Source: Acidimicrobiia bacterium (GTDB lineage Bacteria; Actinomycetota; Acidimicrobiia; Spongiisociales; ZC4RG35). From it: a stretch of 64,000 bases of DNA. Where the stretch lies: positions 439-64,438 of the forward strand of contig CBDCBK010000007.1 of the NCBI GenBank assembly GCA_965214265.1. Direction: 5' to 3'. The position numbers were made by a program, and so were the translations under genes. Below, one piece after another: positions 1-9,119 of this stretch (within the stretch, counting starts at the first letter, position 1; the number at the start of each line of letters is the position of its first letter). The notes beneath the pieces are model-generated. The model was not told the DNA's origin. It made no database searches and was given only the letters and a program-made list of their open reading frames with translations.

Positions 1-3000
1 CTTTTCCGAACCGGTGACGGGCTTCAGCGCCAGCGACATCGAGACGGGTCAGGATCCTGCCTGCGTGGACGATCAGAACAACACGGTCTTCTGCGACCCG
101 GGGATTGGGGCCTTGCAGACGACCGACGACCGGGTCTTCACCACCACGGTGACCCCGAGGACCGACCGTGTGGCCCACAGCTACACGTTGACGATGACGG
201 TTCCGGGAGGCGCCGTGAGGTCATCAGTGGGAAGCAAGTCGAGCGAGGAGCCTGAGGAGCCGCTGGAGGTCCGGGTGGCGCCGCCGGGAGTGGAGGAGCC
301 GATTTCGTCTCTGGGTCTAACGGCCAGCGGTGGGAACGGAACAGTCAGGCTGAGCTGGAACCGGCCAACGGATAACGGAGGCTCAGCCATCATCCGCTAC
401 GAGGTTCGGTATCAAGCGGTGGGAGAGACGTGGAGCGAGTGGGAGAAGGTGGGAGCGGGGACGCGTGGGGTGACGGTGGAGAACCTGATCAACGGCCGGG
501 AATACATCTTCGAGGTGCGTGCGGTCAATGCGTTGGGGAAGGGTGGAGCTGAAACGGTGCAGGCCACCCCGGAGCGGCGGATTGCGCCTCCGCCCCCGCC
601 CCGCGGAGGTGGGGGCGGCGGTGGTGGCCTGCTGTTTCCACCGGAGGCGCCGCTGGGGCTGATGGCGATGCCCGGGGACGGAGCGGTGCGGCTGGAGTGG
701 AGCCCGCCCGAGAGCGACGGGGGCACCCCGATCCTGCGCTATGAGTACCGTTTGAAGGAGGGGCGGGGAGCGTTCGGGGAGTGGACCGCCATCGAAGACA
801 GCGCCCCCGGTGAGGTCAACGCCACCGGGTATACGGTGGGTGAGCTTGGCAACGGGACGGTCTATGTCTTTGAGCTGCGAGCGGTCAACCTGGTGGGCGG
901 GGGGCCGGAATCGGAGGCGGTGGAGGCGGTGATGGGGCTGGATCGGGCCTATTGGTCGAACTTCGGTGCGGAGGATCTCCAAGGGGGTGAGGCCAGTCTG
1001 GAGGGAGGGCCGTTTGGGGAAACCCCGCAGAGTCTGAGGCTGCGGTTTGGAGCGGGGCTGCGGTTTGAGGAGAGCAAGCTGGACGGAGACGGGGAGGTGA
1101 CCGGGACCCGGTCGGGGAGCTACGGGTACCGCTACACCAGCCGGACGACGGGGGAGTTGAGGTTGGACTACGACGGGGGAGAGTCCTGTGAGCTGCGGTT
1201 GACCTTCAGGGGAGTGGGAGCGGGCAGCTACAGCTATCATCGCTGCGGCGGGGTGTTGGGGGGACAGGGGAGCTTCGAGTTGACGGGGCTGAACCGGGGG
1301 CCGGAGATTACCAGCGCAGGGGCGTATGAGGTAGCGGAGAACACGGTGCGGGTAGGACGGCTGGAGGCGGTGGACGGGGACGATGAGATCGGGGGATACG
1401 GGATAGCGGGGGGAGCGGACGGGGGGCTGTTTGAGGTGGTTGAGGAGACGGGGGAGTTGATGTTCCGGGAGGCACCGGACTACGAGATTCCGGGAGATGT
1501 GGAGAGCGAGGAACCTCAAAGCAGAGCAGCAGACAACGAATACATTGTAGTGGTAGAGGTGAGCAGCGGTGAGGGGGAGAGGGAGCGGAGGGAGAGCCGT
1601 GCGATCCGTGTGCGGGTGGCTGACGAGGAGGAGCCGCCGGAGATCACCAGCCTGGGCCCGTTTGAGGTGGTGGAGAACCGGACGAGGGTGGGGCAACTGG
1701 AGGCAGTAGACCAGGACAAGCAGGACGAGATTACGGAGTACGGGATAGCGGGGGGAGCGGACGGAGCACTGTTTGCGGTGGAAGCGGAGACGGGGGAGCT
1801 GAGGTTCCGGGAGGCGCCGGACTACGAGACTCCGGGGGATGTAGCCAGTGAGGATCCCCAGAGCGGAGCAGGGGACAACGAATACATCGTGGTGGTAGAG
1901 GTGAGGAGCGGTGAGGGAGAGAGGGAGCGGAAGGGTAGGCGTGTGATCCGGGTGCGGGTGAGTGACGAGGAGGAACCGCCGGGGGCGCCGGGGGCACCGG
2001 CGGTGACGGCGGAGGGCAGCGACAGTTTGAAGGCAAGCTGGAGAGAGCCGGAGAACCGAGGGCCTGAGATCGTGGACTATGAGGTGCGCTACCGGGAGGC
2101 AGGCGAGGCAGGTTACAGCGATGGGGGACACGAGGGGACGGGTTTGGAGGTGAGGCTGTCGGGGCTCGAGGAGGGGACGGCCTACCAGGTGCAGGTGAGG
2201 GCGGTCAACCAGGAGGGGATCAGTGAATGGTCGGAGCCGGGGGAAGGGCGGACGGACACGGAGGAACCGGACCCGGACCCGGACGATCCATCGGACTTCA
2301 CCGAGGAAGAGCTTGAGGGCAGGCGGCTGACCCTGCGGCTGGAGGGTGAGGAGGGGACTGCCGGAAGCCTTGAGCTGCGGTTTGGGGAGAGCAACCGGTT
2401 CGAGCAGACCGAGTCGGGCGGTCAGCAAGCTGCGACCCGGAGCGAGGGCGCCGCCTCCCGATCGGGCGCCTACACCTATGAGAAGACGGGCACTCGCATG
2501 GGGACGGTGAGGCTGGCCTACGATGACGGAAGTTCCTGTGAAGTGTTACTTGCCTTCACCGAGTCGGGAGCAGGCACGTTCAGTTATGACTGCGGCGGGG
2601 GGACCCGGCCGAAGGGAGCTTCCGGCTGACGACGGGGTCGTTGTTCGTTCCGGTGATTCTGTCGGCGGCAGGTCAGAACCAGTCCTTTTTCACCTCGGAA
2701 CTGACGCTGACCAACCGGGGGGACGAGGAGGTAAAGCTGGACTACAGCTACACGGCCCACAGGGGAGGGGGCAGCGGGAAGACTTCTGATGTGCTTGCAC
2801 CCGGCATGCAAAAGATCGAGACCGACGCCCTGGGCTATCTACAGAGCCTGGGGATACCGATTCCCGAAACGGGCAACCGGATCGGGACGCTGAGGGTGGA
2901 GGCGCGGCTGGGGTCCGAGGTAGAGGCGGTGGTGCGGACGACGACGCTGGTGCCTGACGGGAGGGCGGGGCTGGCCTATCTGGGGGTAACGGAGGAGGAG

Positions 3001-4098
3001 GGCTTTACCGAGGCAGTCTACCTGTGCGGGCTGCGGCAGAACAGCCGTGACCGCTCCAACGTGGCCTTCCAGAACATGGGAGCAGAGGAAGAGGGTGCGA
3101 TCACTGTGAGGACGACGGTGTATTCGGGAGAGTCGACAGACACCAATGCCCGGGTGCTTGAGGACGTGACGCTTGAGCCGGGAGAGTTTCACCAGTACTC
3201 GGGGCTGCTGGGAGTGCTGGAGAGCGTGGAGGGCAACCGCCAGGGCTACGTCAAGGTGGAGCGTGTGGAAGGAACCGCTCCCTTCTACGCCTACGGGGTG
3301 ATCAACGACCAGGCCAACTCGGACGGCTCGTTTGTCTTTCCGGTAGCGGCGAGTTGGCTGGAGGGAAGGATGGGGCAGACCCTGCCGGTGATTGTGGAGA
3401 CGAGCGCGTTCACCAGCGAGCTGACGGTGACGAACTTCTCAGGGGAGGCCAGGAGGCTGGATTTCCAGTTTGTGGCCGAGGGAATCGAGGCTGCGGGCAA
3501 CACCGCCGCCTTCAGCATGAGGCTGGAAGCCGGCCGGCAGGAGATCATTGCGGAGGTGGTGGAGGAGCTGCGCCAGCGGGGGGTAGCGGGGCTGGGGTCG
3601 ACACGGGGCTTCTACGCGGGACCCTTGTTCGTGGTGGCGGAAGGCGGAGACATGAGCGGCATCGTGATCGGGGCCAGGACGGGCTCGGAAGGAGGGGGCG
3701 GACAGTACAGCGTCTTCTACAACGCGGTGCCGGAAGGTGCGGCCTTCACCGGGGAGGCCTGGGTGGATGGGTTGCAGCAGGACGAGGAGAACCGCAGCAA
3801 CCTGGCGCTGGTCAACACCGGGGAGGTGGACGGGAGCGCCAGCGTCTTCCATCTGGAGATCTACGACGGCGAGACAGGGTTGCTGGCCGAGACGGTGGTA
3901 ACCAAGCCGATCCCCGTCCGGCGCTGGCATCAGATCAACGGCATTCTGGACAGCTACGCCCCGGAGACCCGGCAGGGGTATATCCGGATCGAGAAGGTGT
4001 CCGGGGAGAACCCCTTCCTGGCCTACGGGGTGGTCAACGACGGCGGGGCTCCGGGAGAGCGCAGCGGCGACGGAGCCTACCTGCCCGCGAGGGAGTAG
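1..4098 (+). pseudogene. Copy A of the giant FN3/cadherin-like surface protein. It is 5'-partial (continues off-window) and its frame is broken once (ORFs 14..2629 and 2641..4098).
   Basis: Positions 1-4098 are colinear with 15338-19415 of the intact copy. Translation shows FN3 ('LSWNRPTDNGGSAIIRYEVRYQ'), cadherin-like units ('PEITS..GIAGGADG..F....TGEL.FREAPDYE') and the C-terminal double module. The frame breaks at the G run 2597-2602, where copy B has one more nt (GAGGGGG). This could be a real pseudogene or an indel error. Confidence 0.8.
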
Positions 4099-4359
4099 GC
4101 GCTCTGCTCGGCACTCAATGCCATTTCCAGACGTTCGATTGGAATGGGAGCTTCATCGATAATCCATCCAGTTTGGGGAAAGCGGAAAATGGACACTGTT
4201 TACCACTTTTCCACAGGCGCTTGGACTAATGAAATCAAGGTATCTGTCGGTCTACAAACCGGACAGATCACCAGTCATAAAAACCGGTCAACTCGACATG
4301 TCATTGAAACCGGTTCAAAGCCGCCGTTGCCTCAAGCCCGGATCAGCAGTTCTTTTTAT

Positions 4360-4774
4360 ATGTCGGTTCACCACTGTCCGGTTAAACTTTCAAGACGTTA
4401 GTGTAACAGGTTTAATTCCATCAGGTTACCAGTGGAAATGAGTGTTTTCGACTTTAACTCGCTCCAAGATTTCGGCCATACTTTCTCCGCTACCCAGAAG
4501 CGCATGGTCTTCTTGACCAACAACTTTACCCTTCCGGCCCTGACTATTGCCCATCTTTACAAGTGCCGCTGGCGTGTGGAGTTGTTCTTCAAATGGATCA
4601 AACAATATCTGCGGATCAAGGCTTTCTTTGGAACCTCCCAGAACGCGGTCAAGACCCAGATCTGGATCGCCATCAGCGTTTACTTACTCGTGGTTATCCT
4701 CAAAAGGGAATTGAAAATCGACCGAAGTTTCGGCGAAATCCTGCAAATTCTCAGCATCACCTTCTTCGGAAAAG
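4360..4774 (+). mobile_element. Left part of an IS4-family derivative: TSD, left TIR and a transposase C-terminal fragment. The right part was lost in a 287-bp deletion.
   Basis: 'ATGTCGGTT' (4360-4368) is followed by the TIR 'CACCACTGTCCGGTTA' (4369-4384). The ORF from 4432 encodes 'LPALTIAHLYKCRWRVELFFKWIKQYLRIKAFFGTSQNAVKTQIWIAISVYLL', a typical IS4/DDE_Tnp_1 C-terminus. Apart from one mismatch it is identical to 19677-20091. Confidence 0.7.
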
Positions 4775-4896
4775 ACAAGCCAGGGCGCGCCCAGCACCGT
4801 CTGTCCCCTGAAGACTCCAAACAAAGCGCCGCAAGATGTCAAAGACAAGCACGTTTCGACCTTATGCTCAGCGACCTGGTGAGAAATGCGGGCTAG
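4775..4896. mobile_element. Truncated MITE: right half with terminal inverted repeat.
   Basis: Matches 20379-20500 of the full MITE. It ends in 'GGTGAGAAATGCGGG' followed by 'CTAG' (4878-4896). Confidence 0.7.
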
Positions 4897-5354
4897 ATAC
4901 GCATCAGAGAGCACCGGGGCCGGTCTTCGCCGCGATCCGATCCTTCGACAAAGAGAATGGACATGATCTCCATCGTGAATGGTAGATTGCGAAGCCTCCA
5001 TCACGTCCTCCGGCCTGCGGCGGGCGCCGAGGGGAATGCGGTTCATCGTGGCGGTCACGGTCGTGCTGCTGTGGTCACTGCTCACGGCCACGGGACAGGG
5101 CGTTGGCCTCTTTTCCGCAGTCGAGCCGGCGGCGCCGAGAAACCGGACGCCAGCAGGCGAGCGTGTCGACGGACCCGGCGCGGGTGGGTGTGGTCGGTCG
5201 ACTTGGCAAACTTCTTGTCGAGTAGAAATTGCTCCAACGTGACTGGCACCCAGTGCGACTTAACACCCTACAGTCGGCGTCGAACACCGGTCTTCCCGCC
5301 AATGAGGCGGAAGTGTCTCGTCTTCCCTACAAAAGCAAAAGCCGACCTTCAACT

Positions 5355-5556
5355 CTAATCCGCATTTCTCACCAGAGTTCACAGATGAGGTCTGAGAGGG
5401 CCTTGGCCTGGTCCAACTCGGGGCGGATGGCGGCTGAAACTGCTCAAGATCGGCGCCCAGATCACCACCTCGGTTGGCCGCATCAAAGTGGCCATGGCTT
5501 CCGGCTGTCCCTACCAGCGGGAGTTCCGTCTGGCCTGGGCTCACCTGCTTCCCTGA
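5355..5556 (+). mobile_element. MITE-type terminal repeat followed by an IS1380-family transposase C-terminal remnant.
   Basis: 'CTAATCCGCATTTCTCACC' sits at 5355-5373. The open frame 5389-5556 reads 'GWRLKLLKIGAQITTSVGRIKVAMASGCPYQREFRLAWAHLLP*'. From memory this resembles the conserved C-terminus of IS1380-family transposases. There is no N-terminal part and no right end. Confidence 0.5.
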
Positions 5557-5882
5557 GACACCACCGAACTGACCGCCCATCCTTGCCCTTGCAACCGGCC
5601 GCTTGAGTAGGGTGGGTCTTATCTGTCCAAGAAATCAGGGGCGGTACATGATGCGCAAAATATGGCGCCCCTATTGGGTCTCAGCAGCTTTACCGGATCG
5701 CTCGAAGTCACCTCCACGGAGCCCATCGCCAGTCTGTCGATCCATTCCGAAGCCGCTCCCGTATTCTCCTCCCTGCCTCCGGGTGAACTGGAAGCTGCCG
5801 CTCCGGTACCCGTGTCTGGACCCTCCTGAAGCGCATTGACGAGGCGGAGGCTGCGTCCTGCCGCTCGGTAGGACGGGGGCCG

Positions 5883-8231
5883 CTAGGCCTCGCCGGGCCG
5901 GGGCATGCGGTAGCCGACCCCGCGCTCGTTGAATATCCAGGTCGGGCGGGCGGCGTCGTCGCCGAGCCTGTTGCGCAGCCGCTTGACGTAGGCGCGCACG
6001 ATCTTGCTGTTGCCGGTGCCGCGTCTGGCCCAGACCTGGCGCAGCAGGGCCTCGTGAGTCAGGACCCGGCCCGCTCCCTGCGCCAGCACACGCAGCAGTT
6101 CGTACTCGGTCGCCGTCAGCGTCACCGGGCGCCCGGCCAGGCTGACCCGGCGCCGGTCGTAGTCGATGGAGAGCTCACCGAGTACGAAGGGGACGGGGTT
6201 CGACCGCCGGCGCAGGGCCGCCCGGATGCGCGCCGTGAGCTCGGTCGGCGAGAACGGCTTGACCACGTAGTCCTCGGCGCCGGCCTCCAGCGCCCGCGCG
6301 ATGGTCTCGTCGCGCCCGTAGCCCGAGATGAAGATGACCGGCAGGTCGGCGAGCTCCGGAACGGTCCGCATCAGCTCGATGCCGTCGGTCCCGGGCAGCA
6401 TCAGGTCGAGCAGGACCAGCCGGGGCTTCTCGGCCCGGATCAAGCGCGACAACTCCTGCGGGTCGCCCGTGACCAGCGGGGCGTAGCCCGCCTCCGCCAG
6501 CGTGTCGCGGAGATGCCGCAGCGTCTCCGGGTCGTCGTCGACCACCAGGATGGGCACCGCTTCCGGTGCTTCGCCCGGCGCGCCGCGGCGGCCCGGGGCG
6601 GGACCGCCGCCGGACTCCTCGGCCACCGGGATCGTGAAGGTGAAGCGCGCGCCGAGGCCGACGCCGCCGCTCTCGGCCCGGATGCGCCCGCCCTGGGCCT
6701 CAACCAGGCCCTTGCAGATGGCGAGTCCCAGCCCGCCTCCGATGCCGCCCTCCCGGTCCCCGGCGGCGGTGTACTTGCGAAACAGCTGGCCGAGATGGTC
6801 CGGCGCGATGCCCCGGCCTTCGTCGGAGACCGCAACCGCCACATGCAGCCCCTCGCGCTCCGCCTCGATCCGGATGGGAGCGGTTTCCGGAGAGTGGCGC
6901 GCGGCGTTGGCGAGCAGGTTGTTGAGCACCTGCACCAGGCGCTGCCGGTCGGCCATGACCCGGGGCAGGCCGGGCGGCAGGTCGATGCGGACGGTGTGCC
7001 GCCCGCCGCCGCTGACGAACGTGCCGCGGGCCTGGTCCACCAGCGCGGCGACCTCCGAGGGCTCGGGCGCGACCGACAGCGTGCCGGCGTCGATGCGCCC
7101 GGCGTCGAGCAGGTCGCCGATCAGGCTGTCCATGCGGTCGGCCTGCTGGTCGATGATGCGGAAGAACTGCGCCACCTCGGCCGGGCCGAAGATACGCGAG
7201 GCGCGGAGCACCGTGGCGGCCGAGCCCTTGATCGAGGTCAGTGGCGCGCGCAGTTCGTGGCTCACCATGCCCAGGAACTCGGCACGCATGCGCTCCAGCT
7301 CCCGAAGCGGCTCCAGGTCCTGCAGGGTGACCACCACTGAGGCGAGCGCTCCGTCAGGGCCGTCCGGGCCGTGGATCGGGGTGGAGTTGATGAGCGTCGT
7401 GACGCTGCGCCCGTCCGGGACCGAGAGCACGATCTCCTCGGCCCGCACCGTCTCGGCGCTGTCCAGCGCCCGCGCCAGCGGCAGCCGGTCGAGCGCGATC
7501 TCGCGCCCGTCCGCGCGCCGGCAGGCGATCGTCTGCAGCAGTTGCTCCGCAGTCTGGCCGGGCAGGCACAGGCCCTGCACGATGCGCCTGGCCTCGCGGT
7601 TGAGCGAGGCCAGGGCGCCGGTCTGCGCATCGAACACCACGACGCCCACCGGCGAGGTCTCGATCAGGGCTTCCAAGCCGGCGCGGGCGCGCTGCTCGGC
7701 GCGGTAGGTGCGCGCGTTGGCGATCGCCGTCGCAGCCTGCGAGGCGAACAGCACCAGGACCTCCTCGTCCTCGTCCGTGAACCCCTCCCCGCCCTCCTTC
7801 TCGACCAGGTAGAAGTTGCCGACATGGACGCCCCGGTGGCGCATCGGCGTGCCCTGGAAGGTCTTCGAGGGCAGACGGTCGGGCGAGAAGCCGAGCGAGC
7901 GGACATAGGCGGGCACGTCGGGGATGCGCAGCGGTCCCGGCAGGTCGCGGAAATACTCGAACAGCCGCGGCCCGTCGGGCCATTCCACCAGCTTGCGGTG
8001 CTCGTCGGCGGTGAAGCCCGAGGTGACGAAGTCCTGGGCGGCGCCGGCCTCGTCGATGGTAGCGATGGCGCCGTAGCGCGCGCCGGTGAGCGCCCGGGCG
8101 CTCTCGACGACCTCATTCAGCACGGTCTCGAGGTCGAGGCTCGCGCTGATGCGCAGGCTCGCCGCGCTCAGCGCGGAGATGCGGGCGCGCAGCGCCGCGT
8201 TCTCGTTCGCCGTCCTGTCTTGATCGGTCAT
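5883..8231 (-). CDS. Cytoplasmic fused two-component protein: GAF-PAS-HisKA-HATPase_c-REC-OmpR/PhoB winged-helix.
   Basis: H-box 'FLGMVSHELRAPLTSI'. ATPase motifs 'NLLANAARHSP', 'DEGRGI', 'GGLGLAICKGLVEAQGG'. Receiver 'ILVVDDDPE...LVLLDLMLPGTDG...KPF'. C-terminal 'TATEYELLRVL....VLTHEALLRQVW......VRAYVKRLRNRL.......GVGYRM'. No TM segment is seen. Confidence 0.9.
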   Translation of the reverse strand: MTDQDRTANENAALRARISALSAASLRISASLDLETVLNEVVESARALTGARYGAIATIDEAGAAQDFVTSGFTADEHRKLVEWPDGPRLFEYFRDLPGPLRIPDVPAYVRSLGFSPDRLPSKTFQGTPMRHRGVHVGNFYLVEKEGGEGFTDEDEEVLVLFASQAATAIANARTYRAEQRARAGLEALIETSPVGVVVFDAQTGALASLNREARRIVQGLCLPGQTAEQLLQTIACRRADGREIALDRLPLARALDSAETVRAEEIVLSVPDGRSVTTLINSTPIHGPDGPDGALASVVVTLQDLEPLRELERMRAEFLGMVSHELRAPLTSIKGSAATVLRASRIFGPAEVAQFFRIIDQQADRMDSLIGDLLDAGRIDAGTLSVAPEPSEVAALVDQARGTFVSGGGRHTVRIDLPPGLPRVMADRQRLVQVLNNLLANAARHSPETAPIRIEAEREGLHVAVAVSDEGRGIAPDHLGQLFRKYTAAGDREGGIGGGLGLAICKGLVEAQGGRIRAESGGVGLGARFTFTIPVAEESGGGPAPGRRGAPGEAPEAVPILVVDDDPETLRHLRDTLAEAGYAPLVTGDPQELSRLIRAEKPRLVLLDLMLPGTDGIELMRTVPELADLPVIFISGYGRDETIARALEAGAEDYVVKPFSPTELTARIRAALRRRSNPVPFVLGELSIDYDRRRVSLAGRPVTLTATEYELLRVLAQGAGRVLTHEALLRQVWARRGTGNSKIVRAYVKRLRNRLGDDAARPTWIFNERGVGYRMPRPGEA

Positions 8232-8327
8232 CCTCTCCCCCTTCCGCCCGCCGCCCGCCGGCGGGTGATTCGGCCCCGGACTGCGGCCGGAGCGGTTCGA
8301 TTCGGTCAGATTCCGTTATATCGCATC

Positions 8328-8381
8328 GTATTCGCGAAGTATTCACGTAACAAACCTAAAAATAACATAACTGTAACATAA
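8328..8381. promoter_or_regulatory. Two pairs of direct repeats with 11-bp phasing in the AT-rich divergent promoter region.
   Basis: GTATTC at 8328 and 8339. TAACATAA at 8363 and 8374. Both pairs are spaced exactly 11 bp apart, within the only AT-rich stretch between the kinase/regulator gene and the giant gene. Confidence 0.4.
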
Positions 8382-9119
8382 TATTCCCTAGTATTACAAG
8401 GGAAGATTGTTTGCGGGACCGGTGGCGGAAGCCGGGCAGGCCGCGTGGATGGCTTCGGGGACCTCGGCGGCCGGAATCGTACGGTCCGGTCCCGGAGCAT
8501 GCCGGGACCTCAGGAGGTGGGAAGGACCGAATTGGATTGTACTTCAGAACCGGGCGTCATCGCTGTCCAAAACCTCGGCAAATACTCGGCCATTGTGCAA
8601 AAGATAAGTACCGGCGGGGGGGCGCGAACGCGTTCACGACCGGCAGGGGGAGGCCTCGTGGACCCTCGACTCCGTGCGGATCGCCATCTTTCGATGGCCG
8701 CCCGGCACGAATCTCGTCGTCAGGATCCACAGCGCGAGCGGCTCCAGTCCGGGCGCCGTGATCGCCACCCTCGCCAACCCCTCCCGCGCCGTCGGCGCGC
8801 TGGCCTTCACCGCCCTCGACAACGTACAGCTTGCCAGCGGCACGACCTACAGGGTGACGTCCGCAACCAGGCGGCACACGCCAGCGGCTCGCCAGGTGTT
8901 GAGCTCCCGCAGCCCGTACGGGAAAACGATTCAGAACACATGGGCAGCGAGATGCAACGGCAAATTCCACGCCCTATCGAAGCCTGGAGAATCAACTCCA
9001 GCCCGGTTCTCCTGGCCTCCTCTCCCACAACTGCAACGGAAGATAGCGTTTCAGCAATTCCTCATTCTCTACCTGGACCTGTACGGGATTGGAGATATGC
9101 TTCGCCCCGCCGGGAGAAT

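Noticed and set aside
2597-2602. Programmed ribosomal frameshifting at the frame breaks of copies A and C.
   Set aside because: There is no slippery heptamer or downstream structure. Copy B reads through the equivalent positions in a single frame with one extra base, so an indel is the simpler explanation.
5036-5242. A short ORF with a signal-peptide-like start ('MRFIVAVTVVLLWSLLTATGQG'), duplicated at 20640..20846.
   Set aside because: After the hydrophobic stretch the sequence is Arg/Gly/Pro-rich and ends after ~70 codons. It lies in a patch of decayed mobile DNA, so it is probably a gene-start fragment or chance. It is not supportable as a gene.
6054-8381. Several 130-430-aa ORFs on both strands overlapping the kinase-regulator gene (6054..7340, 6502..7707, 7371..8381 and others).
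   Set aside because: They are alternative-frame shadows of a very GC-rich gene, Arg/Ala/Pro/Gly-rich with no motifs. The minus-strand 782-aa frame carries all the recognisable domains.
8445-9119. A 225-codon N-terminal extension of the giant ORF as given by the ORF track.
   Set aside because: The translation is Arg/Pro-rich with no domain signal. An unmistakable signal peptide begins at the ATG at 9120, so the upstream part is more likely an open leader than coding sequence.
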